From NCBI GenBank assembly GCA_963729955.1, contig CAVSQA010000028.1:147190-211189 (forward strand): a stretch of 64,000 bases of DNA. Direction: 5' to 3'. A model generated the notes under the pieces. The model was not told where the DNA came from. It ran no database searches and was given only the letters and a program-made list of their open reading frames with translations. Within the stretch, counting starts at the first letter, position 1. Each line of letters begins with the position of its first letter. The position numbers and the translations under genes were made by a program. Source of the DNA: an uncultured Gemmatimonadales bacterium. GTDB lineage: Bacteria > Gemmatimonadota > Gemmatimonadetes > Gemmatimonadales > JACORV01. Positions 11,348 through 21,708 of this stretch are shown one piece after another.

Positions 11348-13499
11348 CTACCGGTCTGAGGGGTAATAACGGCCGCCGTGGTGGGCCTGATCGACCAGCG
11401 AGGCCGTGGGAACAAAGCGATCACCGTGCAGGGAAGCGAGACGACCGAGGGTGTCGACGACGGCTCGGGCGCCAAGGGCGTCCAGCGTACGGAACGGTCC
11501 GCCGCGGAACGCCGGGAAGCCGATGCCGAACAGCGCGCCCACGTCGCCGTCGCGGGGCTGCCGCACCACCCCCTCCTCGAGGGCGCGAGCGGCTTCGTTC
11601 AACATGGCGAACACGAGCCGCTCCGTGACGGAGTCCTCGTCCACCGACGCCTCGCCGGGGGTGAGTCCCAGTACCCGGTACGCCGTCGGGTCGACCCCTG
11701 CCTTCCGTCCCTTGCGATACAGGAAGAACCCTCGGCCGTTCTTGCGGCCGAGGCGTCGGTCGGCCACCAGCGTCCCGAGATCGAAGGCCTGGCTGAGGCG
11801 CTCGCCGAACGCCTGGTGCATCACGCTGCCGGCCTTGGCGGCGACGTCGAGGCCGACCTCGTCCAGCAGGGTCACCGGTCCGACCGGGAACCCCCAGCGC
11901 GTCATGGCGCGGTCCACCACCTCGATCGGCACGCCCTCGACGAGCAGGCGGCACGCCTCGTTGATGTACGGCGACAGGATGCGGTTGACGAAGAAGCCGG
12001 GGTGGTCCCGCACCACGATCACCGTCTTGCCCAGTCTCCGGCCGAACGCGACGGCGGTCACCGTCGTTTCGGGGGCCGTGCGCTCGCCGACGACGACCTC
12101 GAGCAGCGGCATCCGGTGCACCGGCGAGAAGAAGTGCATGCCGATCACCGTCTCCGGCCGGCTCGACGCCTCGGCGATCCGCGTGATCGGGATGGTCGAG
12201 GTGTTGGACGCGAAGATGCAGGTGGGCCGCGTGACCGCCTCGACCTCGCGCAGCACCGCCCGCTTGAGGTCCAGGTCCTCGAACACCGCCTCGATCACGA
12301 GGTCGGCGGCGTGAAAGCCGGCGTAGTCGGCGCCGCCCGAGACGAGCGCCAGCTGCCGGGCACCCTCGCGTCTGGTGACGCTCCGGCGGCGCACCCGCTC
12401 CTCGACGATGCCCGCGACCGCCCGCAAGCCGGCGCCGACGCGCGGCAGGTCGGCGTCCTTCAGCCGCACCGGAACAGCGGCCTGCGCCGCTGCGACGGCC
12501 GCGATCCCCGAGCCCATGAACCCGGCACCGAGAATCCCGAGCCGCTCCACCGCTCGCGGCTCCGGCGCCGGGGCCGGCACGCCCGGGTCCTTCTTCAAGC
12601 GCGGTCGTCGCGAAGAACACCTCGACCAGCCGCCGCGAGACGTCGGTCATCGCCATCCGCCCGAACAGGTCCGCCTCGTACGGCAGGCCACGCTCGAGGC
12701 CTTCGGCGAGGCCGAACCGCACCGCGTCGAGCGCGGCCAGCGGTGCGGGGTAGTGGCCGCCGGTCTGCTTCAGCGTCATCGCCCGGGCACGCCGCAGCAC
12801 GATGGCCTGCCCCAGCATGCTCCGGTCGAAGAACCAGCCACCCGGCTTCCGGCGGCGCGGCCGCGCCGCCGCGAGGCGCCGCGCCGCCGCCACTGCGACC
12901 GTCCGGAGGATCGGCGGCGCCACGAGCTCGTCCACCAGCCCCATCCTGTAAGCCTTGGCGGCCCGAACGTTCTTGCCCGTGAGGATCATCTCCAGCGCGC
13001 GGCGCAGCCCGACCAGGCGCGGCAACCGGTTGCAGCCGCCCGCGCCCGGGATGATGCCGAGCTGGACCTCCGGCGCCCCAAAGGTGGTCTTGGGGTGGTC
13101 GGTGGCGACGCGATAGTGGCACGCCAGCACCAGCTCCAACCCACCACCCAGGCACGTGCCGTGAATCGCCGCGACGACCGGCTTGGTGGATGCGGCCACG
13201 CGGTCGAGCATGCGCTGCCCGTCGCGCGAGAGGCGCGTGGCCTCCTCCGTCGTCCGGAGCGCGACGAACTCCTCGATGTCGGCGCCCGCCACGAACATGT
13301 CCTTCTTGCCGGACATGATGACCATGGCGCGCACGGCCGGGTCGTCCTGAAGCGCGTCGAAGGCCGCCACGAACTCGGTCTTCACCGCCCGCGAGAACTT
13401 GTTCACGCTCTCGCCCGGCAGGTCGAGCGTGAGCACTCCCACCCCGTCGTCGACGGCCGTCGTCACTGCGCTCGCGCGGGTCCCGGTCTCCATGCTCAT
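11348..13499 (-). pseudogene. fadJ: fatty-acid oxidation multifunctional enzyme (enoyl-CoA hydratase / 3-hydroxyacyl-CoA dehydrogenase), one frame break as sequenced
   Basis: The crotonase half starts at ATG 13499 in the frame of ORF 11421..13529 (...MSGKKDMFVAGADI...[19 protein letters not shown]...[12 protein letters not shown]...) and runs up to ...LVEVFFATTAL. The dehydrogenase half lies in ORF 11348..12598 (KKDPGVPAPAPEPRAVERLGILGAGFMGSGIA...). The junction FFATTAL|KKDPG mirrors E. coli FadJ FFASTDVKKDPG (from memory). +1 break near 12596. Confidence 0.9.
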
Positions 13500-13503
13500 C
13501 GGG

Positions 13504-14799
13504 TCATGTCCGCTCGAGGACCATGGCAAACCCCATGCCGCCCTGGGCGCACACCGAGATCAGTCCGAACTGCACGTCCCGACGCCGCATCTCGTTGGCG
13601 AGCGTGATGGTGATGCGCCCGCCCGTGGCGCCGAACGGGTGGCCGATCGCGATCGATCCCCCCATCACGTTCAGACTGTCCCAGTTCACGCTCCCGACCC
13701 GCTTGTCGCGCCCCAGATGCTCGCGGGCCCAGATATCCGACTCGAAGGCCTGAATATTGGATAGCACCTGCGAGGCAAACGCCTCGTGCATCTCCACCAG
13801 CCCCAGGTCCTGCCAGGCGATGCCCGCACGGTCGAGCGCGCGCGGCACGGCGAACGCGGGACCCATCAGCAGCTGGTCGCCCGGATCCACGGCGGCGACC
13901 GCCGACGAGCGGATGTAGGCGAGCGGCGCGTAGCCCAGGGCGCGGGCGGCTTCGCTGCTCATCAGCAGCACCGCGGACGCACCATCGGTCAGGGGCGAGG
14001 CGTTCGCGGCGGTCACCGAACCGTAGCGCCGGTCGAAGACCGGCTTGAGCGCCGCGAGTTGCTCGAGCGTGCTGTCCGCCCGGATGCCGTTGTCGGAGGT
14101 CACCACGACGTCGTACGCGGGCGGCACGAAGATCGGCGCGATCTCGGCGGTCAGACGTCCGTCCGCCGTGCCCCGGGCGGCGAGCTGGTGCGAGCGCAGA
14201 GCGTACTGGTCCTGTGCTTCGCGCGAGATGCCGTTCTCCTTCGCCATCTTCTCCGCCGACTGTCCCATCGTCTCGCCGGTCGACGGCTCGGCGATCGCCG
14301 GCGTCACCGGCACGAGATCGCGGAGCTTCGTCCTGGCCAACGTCCGCAGTCGCTGGCCGAGGGACTTGGCCCGGCTCGCTTGCACGAGCAGCTCGGCGAA
14401 CCGCTTCGAATGAAGGATGGGGACGTCCGACAGCGATTCCGTGCCTCCGGCGATGACGACATCGGCCTGGCCCAGCACGATCTGGTCGTGGGCCGCCACG
14501 ATGGCCTGGTTCGACGAGGCGCATGCGCGGTTCAGCGAGAACGCGGGAATCGTCTTGGGGAACTGGGGCAGCAGGCTGACCTCGCGGGCCACGTTCGGCG
14601 CCAGCACCGACGGGATCACCTGGCCGAAGATGACCTGGTCGACGTCGGTCGACGCGATCTCGGAACGCACCAGCAGCTCGCGGGTCGCGAGCCTGGCCAA
14701 CTCGACTGCGCTGAGGTCCTTGAAGACCGTGCCGGACTTGGCAAACGGCGTGCGGTATCCCGCGACGATGGCGACGCGACGACCGTTCTGGCCGACCAT
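13504..14799 (-). CDS. fadI: acetyl-CoA C-acyltransferase (3-ketoacyl-CoA thiolase, FadI type)
   Basis: ATG at 14799 (MVGQNGRRVAIVAGYRTPFAKSG...), 431 aa. Contains the NRACASSNQAI active Cys, GHPFGATGGR and CAQGGMG. The rest of track ORF 13504..15711 upstream of this Met is Arg/Gly-rich read-through. The gene ends 4 nt before the fadJ start. Confidence 0.9.
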   Translation of the reverse strand: MVGQNGRRVAIVAGYRTPFAKSGTVFKDLSAVELARLATRELLVRSEIASTDVDQVIFGQVIPSVLAPNVAREVSLLPQFPKTIPAFSLNRACASSNQAIVAAHDQIVLGQADVVIAGGTESLSDVPILHSKRFAELLVQASRAKSLGQRLRTLARTKLRDLVPVTPAIAEPSTGETMGQSAEKMAKENGISREAQDQYALRSHQLAARGTADGRLTAEIAPIFVPPAYDVVVTSDNGIRADSTLEQLAALKPVFDRRYGSVTAANASPLTDGASAVLLMSSEAARALGYAPLAYIRSSAVAAVDPGDQLLMGPAFAVPRALDRAGIAWQDLGLVEMHEAFASQVLSNIQAFESDIWAREHLGRDKRVGSVNWDSLNVMGGSIAIGHPFGATGGRITITLANEMRRRDVQFGLISVCAQGGMGFAMVLERT

Positions 14800-14922
14800 G
14801 CTTCGGCTCCGTCTCCGGCGCGCGCGGTGGCACACCGGGTCCAGCAAAGCTAGCCGCTGCCCCGGGCGCGGGCCAGCACAATCGGACCGTGCGCTCGCCG
14901 CGCTTCCGTGCCAAATTGAGCC

Positions 14923-16590
14923 ATGGACCCGCTGTTCTCCGCCCAGACCCGGCACGCGGATCTCGATGCGTTGGCGGCCGCGCCGGTCGACCTGCTGGTC
15001 ATCGGCGCGGGCATCACCGGGGCCGGGATCGCCCGCGACGCGGCGCTCCGGGGCATCCGCACGGCCTTGGTGGACAGCGGGGATTTCGGAGGCGGGACCT
15101 CCAGTCGCTCCACGCGCCTCGTGCACGGCGGCTTGCGCTACCTCGAGCACGGCTGGCTCAGGCTGGTGTTCGAGGCCAGTCGCGAGCGGCGCGTTCTGCT
15201 GAGGATCGCGCCGCACCTGGTGCGGCCGATGGCTTTTCTCTTTCCGATCCACGCAGGGGGCCGCGTCGGACGGTGGCGGCTCGCCGCGGGGCTCTGGCTC
15301 TACGACGTGCTGTCCACGTTCCGCAACGTCCACACCCACCGGACCTTGTCCCGGCGCGCCGTGCAGAAGGCGGAGCCGCGGCTCCGCAGCCAGGGGCTGC
15401 TCGGCGGCGCCCGGTACTACGACGCCTATTGCGACGACGCCCGCCTGGTGCTGGCGAACGCGCGCGCCGCCCACCGCAGCGGCGCGCTGGTGGCGAGCTA
15501 CGCGACCGTCCGATCGTTCGAGAAGGCGAGCGGCGAGATCCGCGGCGCAGTGGTGGACGACACCATCGAGGGACGGCAACTCACGGTCCACGCCCGGGTG
15601 ATCGTCAACGCGACGGGGCCGTGGACCGACGCCACCCGCCTGCTGGACGAGCCCGGCGCGGCGCCGCTCCTGCGACCCACCAAGGGGGTCCACCTCGCGG
15701 TGCCCGGCCACCGGATCGGCAATGCGGGTGCCCTCACCATCACGTCACCCATCGACGGCCGGGTCATGTTCATCCTGCCGTGGGGCGACATCACCATCGT
15801 CGGCACGACGGACACCGACTACGACGGCGACCCCGCGTCGGTCACTCCCACGGCCGACGACATCACCTACCTGTTGCGCTCGGCGAATGCCGTCTTCCCG
15901 GACGCCCGACTCGCGCCGAACGACGTGGTCGCGGCCTGGGCCGGGCTGCGGCCGCTCCTCAGGGACGGCGCCGAGGCAACGACTGCCGCGGTGCCGCGCG
16001 AGCACCGGATCAGCGAGAGCGCCACGGGCCTGCTCACCATCGCGGGCGGCAAGCTGACCACCTATCGCTCCATGGCAGCGGAGCTCGTGGACGTGGTCGC
16101 CGCGAAGCTCCACGGGATCGACGGCCGGCACGTTCCGGATCGCGCCCCCACGGCCGCCGAGCCTCTGCCGGGCGGCGAGGTCGCGGACTTGGAGTTGCTC
16201 GTGCGCGAACTGGTGAAGGAGCGGGTGCCGCCGCCGGTGGCCCGGCATCTCGTCGATACCTACGGATCGGAAGCCATGGCGGTCGCGAACCTCGCGGCCC
16301 GTGACAGCACCCTCGCCGATCCGCTGGCCCCCGGCGTGCCGGTCCTCCGGGCGGAGGTGGTTCACCAGGCTCGGCGTGAGATGGCAGTCACCGTCAGTGA
16401 TGTGATGATTCGCCGGACCCATTTGTTTCACCGGCACCCCGGGCAGGGCACCGAGGTCACGCCGGTCGTGGCCAGCCTGCTGGCCCGCGAGCTGGGCTGG
16501 GACGCGGCCCGCGAGGCCGCGTCCCTCGCCAGCTACCTCGCCGAGGTGCAGCGCATGCGACAGGCCCTCACGCCTCCACCGGCTTCCTGA
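14923..16590 (+). CDS. glpD: FAD-dependent glycerol-3-phosphate dehydrogenase
   Basis: 555 aa. FAD fold DLLVIGAGITGAGIARDAALRG, plus GGTSSRSTRLVHGGLRYLE, ATGPW and GGKLTTYR. Confidence 0.9.
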   Translation: MDPLFSAQTRHADLDALAAAPVDLLVIGAGITGAGIARDAALRGIRTALVDSGDFGGGTSSRSTRLVHGGLRYLEHGWLRLVFEASRERRVLLRIAPHLVRPMAFLFPIHAGGRVGRWRLAAGLWLYDVLSTFRNVHTHRTLSRRAVQKAEPRLRSQGLLGGARYYDAYCDDARLVLANARAAHRSGALVASYATVRSFEKASGEIRGAVVDDTIEGRQLTVHARVIVNATGPWTDATRLLDEPGAAPLLRPTKGVHLAVPGHRIGNAGALTITSPIDGRVMFILPWGDITIVGTTDTDYDGDPASVTPTADDITYLLRSANAVFPDARLAPNDVVAAWAGLRPLLRDGAEATTAAVPREHRISESATGLLTIAGGKLTTYRSMAAELVDVVAAKLHGIDGRHVPDRAPTAAEPLPGGEVADLELLVRELVKERVPPPVARHLVDTYGSEAMAVANLAARDSTLADPLAPGVPVLRAEVVHQARREMAVTVSDVMIRRTHLFHRHPGQGTEVTPVVASLLARELGWDAAREAASLASYLAEVQRMRQALTPPPAS

Positions 16591-18082
16591 CCCGCACCAT
16601 GTCGCGGCCGACGGTAGGCACCGCCAGCAGGAGCAAGGCCCCACCCAGGAGTCCCACGGCCGGCAGCGTCATCAGCGCGATCCGCAGCCCATAGCGGTCG
16701 GACAGGAACCCCACCACCGGCAGCGCGATGGCGTCGCCCGCGATGTGAATGAAGAAGACGTAGGCCCCCATCACCGTCGCGGCGATGCCGCGCGGCACCA
16801 CGTCGAACAAGACGGCGGCGACCGGCCCGTTGTACCAGGTGAAGAAGAACACCACGACGAAGAACAGGACGGAGAAGAGCCGCACGTCGTTCACCAGGAG
16901 CAGCACGACGCAGATCGGCGCTCCCGCGAGGAACCCCACGGCGCTCGCGATGACCCGGCCGGCCGGCGTGCGCTCCATGAGCCGATCGCCGGTGCGTCCG
17001 CCGATCCACGATCCCAGAACCCCGGCCAGCAGGCCGACCACCCCGATCTGCCGCCCCGCCTGCACCAGCGACAAGTCCAGGACCCGCTGCAGGTAACTCG
17101 CCGACCACGCCACCAGCGAGTTCATCGCCGCCGTGGTGAGGGCGCCCCCGATGAACATCCACATCAGCGTCGGCGTGCGCAGCACCACCGCGGCGGCGTC
17201 CAGCATCTCGTCCACTGCATCGGCGGGCAGGCCTTCCAGTAGACCCTGGCGACGGCGCATCGCCACGCGCACCCACTTGATGATGGTCCAGACGAGTCCC
17301 AGACCCACGATCGCGCCGAACACCGCGGTATCCGCCGCAGCCGCGAGCCCACGGAACAGCACCAGGAACCCGAAGACGATGGCGCCGATCAGGATCGAGG
17401 TGACCAGCGGCAGCACCGCCCGCAAGACGAGCCGCGGCGTGATGTCGAACCGGCGCGCCGGGCGCGCCGCGCCGGCCGCGCGGCGCCGCGGTCGCGGCCG
17501 CGGGTCGCGCAGTCGACTCAGCAGCAGCGAGAACAGCAGACCCGGGAGGCCGACCACGATCAGGGCCGTGCGCCAGCCGAACGCCGTGGCCAAATGGCCG
17601 CCCACCCACACCGCCAGCACGCCCCCCACCGCCAGACCGATCCAGAAGATGCCCATGGCCTGGGCGCGGCCGCGATCGGGGAAGTAGTCCGCGAGCATGG
17701 CCTGGGCCGAGGGCAGGTACGAGGACTCGGCGACACCTACCACGCCGCGAGTGATGAAGAGATGCCAATAGCTGCCGGCCAGGCCGCCCAGGGCGGTGAA
17801 TCCACTCCACACCGCCACCCCGCCGGCGATGACGGCGCGCCGCGACCGCAGGTCGGACAGCACACCGGTGGCCAGAGCACCGAGGGCGAAGGCAATGGCG
17901 AACGACGAGCCCAGCCAGCCGAGCTGGGTGTCGGTGACGTCCAGTTCGTCCTTGATCGGCTCGAACAGGGCCAGGATGATGTTGCGATCGAGGTAGTTGA
18001 GCAGATTGCCGAACGCCAGCAGCCCCAGCGCGTACCACAGGTACCGGGTGCCGATCGGCGGCGTATCGGAGGCGGCGTTCAT
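16568..18082 (-). CDS. MFS transporter
   Basis: 504 aa with a 12-TM-like hydrophobic profile (LNYLDRN...GVLSDLRSRR...). It converges on glpD with a 23-nt overlap. Confidence 0.85.
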   Translation of the reverse strand: MNAASDTPPIGTRYLWYALGLLAFGNLLNYLDRNIILALFEPIKDELDVTDTQLGWLGSSFAIAFALGALATGVLSDLRSRRAVIAGGVAVWSGFTALGGLAGSYWHLFITRGVVGVAESSYLPSAQAMLADYFPDRGRAQAMGIFWIGLAVGGVLAVWVGGHLATAFGWRTALIVVGLPGLLFSLLLSRLRDPRPRPRRRAAGAARPARRFDITPRLVLRAVLPLVTSILIGAIVFGFLVLFRGLAAAADTAVFGAIVGLGLVWTIIKWVRVAMRRRQGLLEGLPADAVDEMLDAAAVVLRTPTLMWMFIGGALTTAAMNSLVAWSASYLQRVLDLSLVQAGRQIGVVGLLAGVLGSWIGGRTGDRLMERTPAGRVIASAVGFLAGAPICVVLLLVNDVRLFSVLFFVVVFFFTWYNGPVAAVLFDVVPRGIAATVMGAYVFFIHIAGDAIALPVVGFLSDRYGLRIALMTLPAVGLLGGALLLLAVPTVGRDMVRVRKPVEA

Positions 18083-18112
18083 CGCGCCTCCCTCCCGCGC
18101 CGTGCGGCCGCC

Positions 18113-18892
18113 CTAATACAGCCCATCCACCGACCGGCCGGCCATCGGATCGGACTGCAGTGCGACCAACTTCTCCCGAGCGCGCGTCACCACGTCCACC
18201 GCGACCGCGGGATCATCCGTCAGGTGAAAGATGTCCAGGTCGCCCACGTCGATCTTTCGCTCCGCCGCGGCCGTCGAGCGCAGCCAATCGACGAGCCCTC
18301 GCCAGTACGCGGTGCCGAACAGCACCACCGGGAAGTGCTTGATCTTCCCCGTCTGGATGAGCGTCAGCGCCTCGAACATCTCGTCGAGCGTGCCGTAGCC
18401 ACCGGGAAAGACCACGAAGCCGATGGAGTACTTCACGAACATGACCTTGCGAACAAAGAAGTATCGGAAATGCATCGCCGTATTGACGTACGCGTTGGTG
18501 CCCTGCTCGAACGGTAGCTCGATATTGAGTCCGAGCGACGGGCCGCTGCCCTCCTGTGCGCCGCGGTTGGCCGCCTCCATGATGCCGGGCCCGCCGCCCG
18601 TGATGATGGAAAAGCCGGCGGCAGCGAAGCGGCGCGCGGTCTCCGTCGCCGCCCGGTAGTGCACGTCATTCGACGTGGTTCGCGCCGATCCGAAGAACGT
18701 CACCCCCGAGGTCACCCCGGCAAGGGTGTCGAAGCCCTCGACGAACTCGCCCATGATTCGCAGTACGCGCCACTGATCCGACGACACGAACTCACGCCGG
18801 CGTTCGCCGAAATGCGGGACGCTGAAGAGACGCTCGTCTTCCGTCGGCCCGAGGCGCCTCGGTCCGCTCGGGCGATCGCCGTCTGATGACAT
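18113..18892 (-). CDS. LOG / TIGR00730 family Rossmann-fold nucleotide-binding protein
   Basis: 259 aa with GGGPGIMEAANRGA and PGGYGTLDEMFE motifs. Confidence 0.85.
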   Translation of the reverse strand: MSSDGDRPSGPRRLGPTEDERLFSVPHFGERRREFVSSDQWRVLRIMGEFVEGFDTLAGVTSGVTFFGSARTTSNDVHYRAATETARRFAAAGFSIITGGGPGIMEAANRGAQEGSGPSLGLNIELPFEQGTNAYVNTAMHFRYFFVRKVMFVKYSIGFVVFPGGYGTLDEMFEALTLIQTGKIKHFPVVLFGTAYWRGLVDWLRSTAAAERKIDVGDLDIFHLTDDPAVAVDVVTRAREKLVALQSDPMAGRSVDGLY

Positions 18893-18959
18893 CGGGAGCC
18901 CTCTTGCCAGGGTGTGAGCGTGCGAATATACAGGTTCGACCTAGGGGGCACAAAGAAAA

Positions 18960-19217
18960 ATGCGCTCATGGCGTGCGTTGTCGTTGGCCCTGGTCGGACG
19001 AGCCGTCGCCAATCCGCGGGTCGCGTGGGACCTCGCCAGCCTGGCCTGGTCGATGCGCCGCCGCGGCTGGTACCGCGAGCCGCCGTTCCTGCCACTGCCG
19101 CCACCCGAGTACGTGCGCTGGCGGATGTACACCGCGTACGGCGACGAGGCGGCCGTGCCGCCGGTCGAGGACGTGGTGCGCGTGGCACGGTGGCGCCGGG
19201 ATCTGTTGAAGCCGTGA
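18960..19217 (+). CDS. small hypothetical protein (85 aa)
   Basis: The ORF's stop overlaps the queG GTG start (GTGA at 19214..19217), suggesting translational coupling. Composition is not shadow-like (WYREPPFLPLPPPEYVRWRMYTAYGDE). No known domain recognised. Confidence 0.4.
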   Translation: MRSWRALSLALVGRAVANPRVAWDLASLAWSMRRRGWYREPPFLPLPPPEYVRWRMYTAYGDEAAVPPVEDVVRVARWRRDLLKP

Positions 19218-20297
19218 CCCCCGAGGCGCTCGCCGACCGTCGCCAAGGCTGCGGCCCGCGAGCTGGGTTTCGAGGCGTGCGGCGTCACCGATCTCGGCGC
19301 TTCGGCCGCTGCCGCCGCGCTCGACCGTTGGCTCTCCGCGGCCCATCACGGCGAGATGCGCTACATGGAACGCCAGGCGGCGGTTCGCCGCGAGCCGGCC
19401 AGAGCGTGGCCCGACGCCCGCTCCGCCGTGGTCGTGCTTCACAACTACTGGCAGCGGGACGCCGAGCCGGCGCCCGGCCGCGGCCGGGTGGCCCGCTACG
19501 CGTTGGGCGACGACTACCACGACGTCGTGAAGCGGAAGCTCGACGAGTTGGGCGCCCGGGTGGTCGGCGCCGCCGGCTCCGGAAGGTTCCGGGCCTATGC
19601 GGACGCGGGCCCCCTGCCGGAGCGGGAGCTGGCGCGCCGCGCCGGACTCGGCTGGATCGCCAAGAACACGATGTTGATCCACCCGAGGCTCGGCTCGTAC
19701 ACGTTCATCGGGGTCCTGTTGACCGATCTGCTCCTGGCACGCGACCAGCCGTTCGAGGCGGACCGGTGCGGCACCTGCCGGCGCTGTCTCACGGCGTGCC
19801 CCACGGACGCCTTTCCGGAGCCGCGGGTGCTCGACGCGACGCGCTGCATTTCCTACCTCACCATCGAGGCCCGTGGCCCGATGCCGGAGCCGCTGAGGCC
19901 CGCCGTGGGCGACTGGCTCTTCGGCTGCGACGTGTGCCAGGACGTCTGCCCGTGGAACGTCCGCTTCGCTACGGAGACGGCGGAGCCGCGCTATCGCGCC
20001 CGGCCGAAGTCCGAGTGGCCGACGCTACGCGAGATCGCGACGATGACGGAGCGGGAGTTCGACGACGCGTTCGGCTCCACGGCGCTCACGCGCCCGGGCC
20101 GCGCCGGGTTGGCGCGCAACGCGGCGGCCGTGCTCCAGAACACCCAGCGGCGGAGGTGCGGCCGAGTGCCCGGCAGCGTGAAGGTCTCTCGCCGCGCAAC
20201 AGCGAGCGGCGACCATCAAGGGCACCCTCGCAACGGGCCTCGAGAAGGTCGGACCCGTATCACCGGCTGCAGGGCCGACCGGTGCGCTTCCAATTGA
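19214..20297 (+). pseudogene. queG: epoxyqueuosine reductase, frame broken near the 5' end; 3' end uncertain
   Basis: GTG at 19214 gives MTPEALADR, followed by a +1 break near 19241. Sequence continues AKAAARELGFEACGVTDLGASAAAAALDRWLSAAHHGEMRYMERQ... (ORF 19356..20297). Features: GWIAKNTMLI and two 4Fe-4S motifs, CGTCRRCLTACP and CDVCQDVCPWN. After ...ARNAAAVLQNT the tail turns Arg-rich. Confidence 0.85.
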
Positions 20298-20458
20298 CGG
20301 CGGGCCAGACGCTCGAGATCACCTTCCGCGACGTGCCGAGCATCGGTGAGGCCGAGGTCAACGCGGTGAAGCGGTTGCTGGGCGGCAAGTCCTTCTGCTC
20401 GGTGAGCCCGCAGTCGCGGGAGCGGCTGATCGTGCGGTTCGTCGTGCCGCTCGAGTAA
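20282..20458 (+). CDS. possible small protein (58 aa from GTG 20282); boundaries unresolved
   Basis: The frame of ORF 18914..20458 ends with a non-shadow-like stretch: VRFQLTAGQTLEITFRDVPSIGEAEVNAVKRLLGGKSFCSVSPQSRERLIVRFVVPLE. Upstream in the same frame it is Arg/Ser-rich. See the finding on 20140..20460. Confidence 0.2.
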   Translation: MRFQLTAGQTLEITFRDVPSIGEAEVNAVKRLLGGKSFCSVSPQSRERLIVRFVVPLE

Positions 20459-20537
20459 CCAAGCCTCGGCCAGCCCCACGGCACCGGCCGCGCAGGTCGT
20501 GCCGCCCGCGCGGACGCCTGCGCTCGGGCCGACGACG

Positions 20538-21708
20538 CTACGGCTCGCTCCTCCGGCGCTGCCCGGCGACGAGCGCGAGCGCCAGCGCGATGGCTGCCCA
20601 GCCGATGCCCGCCAGCGCGACACGCGCGCCGACGCGAGGCCCGCCGGTCACGGGCGCGGCGAACCAGTGCCGATAGGCCGACATGGCGAGACTTCCCGCC
20701 GGCTCCCCGAACGCCGCCTCGAGCGCCTGCGCGGGCGGCAGCGTCGAACGCCAGAAAGCCGCGAATTGCGCGGGGGACGCCCGCGCGAGCAGGAAGGCGA
20801 GGTTCTGACCGCGCATGAAGGGGTAGGACATCGAGATGAGCCCGTCGCGGTCGCACTTCGAGCCCGGCCGCCTGCGCGCACGACCTGGTCGCGCCGTCGA
20901 GGCAACCGATCGGCAGCCATGGAACGGCCCCGGTCCACGGAGTCGAATACTCGACCCAGGTGGGGAGGTCGTCGCGCCGGACCGGCCGCCTCGCCTCCTG
21001 CAGCCGCATGCCGAGCTCGTCGTAGCCTCCCCAGAACCAGTTCGGCCCCCGGTCCACCCACTTCGCCACGGCGGTACCGGGAACGCCGAACCGGCCGTAC
21101 AGCGCGCAGACATCGAGGAACCGGCCGACCGGATGGCCGCCGCCGTCGCGAGCCACGAGCGTCCACCATGCGGCCTTCGCCCGCGGGGAGAACAGGTTGA
21201 TCGCCACCACGCAGGCGCCACGCCCCGCGGCAGCGCCCGTCAGCACGCGCGTCGGGAAGATCATGAAGCGCTCCCGGCCCCGCCCGCCGCGCGCCGAGTC
21301 CGTGAGGAGCCCCACGACGAGAGGAAGGCCGGGAGTGGTGGCCATGGGATAGAGCGCGAGCTCGGCGGAGGCGGCGCGCAGCCAGACCAGGGCTGAGTCG
21401 CGCGTCAGCGGCCGCTCGTACACGAGCGTCACGAGCCCGTCCGCGGACCGCAAGGCCGACGCCCCCCGCGCCGCACGAAGGAGCGAATCCGCGAGCCGCA
21501 CGTCCTGCACGCGACGTCGCTGCACGCTCACGGCCCGCTCCACCGATTCGCGGAACACGCCCGGACGGTACACGCGCCCGTACTCCGGCTGTCCGAACGC
21601 GGCGAGCAGACCCTCGCCCGAGGGGATCGTGGGCGGCAGGAGTCCGATGGCCAGCACGAGTGCCGCCAGCACCGGGCCCCAGAGCCACCCCCAGCGTCTC
21701 AGCGCCAT
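20538..21708 (-). pseudogene. hypothetical membrane-anchored protein, paralog of 21699..22805; one frame break as sequenced
   Basis: ATG at 21708 (MALRRWGWLWGPVLAALVLAIGLL...) in the frame of ORF 20260..22176, sensible up to ...LPIGCLDGATRSCAQAAGL. It then continues in the frame of ORF 20538..21221 (KCDRDGLISMSYPFMRGQNLAFLLARASPAQFAAFW...GIGWAAIALALALVAGQRRRSEP). +1 break near 20858. It overlaps the upstream gene by 10 nt. Confidence 0.55.

Noticed and set aside
13504-15711. N-terminal extensions of track ORFs beyond the starts I chose: 13504..15711, 23481..24791, 31014..32606, 36389..38068, 39967..41133, 40539..42668, 42395..43708, 46595..48454, 47428..50079, 56962..59496.
   Set aside because: The extra upstream parts are low-complexity and overlap neighbouring genes. 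Internal ATG/GTG starts give family-typical N-termini and ATGA/GTGA/TGATG junctions with the preceding gene.
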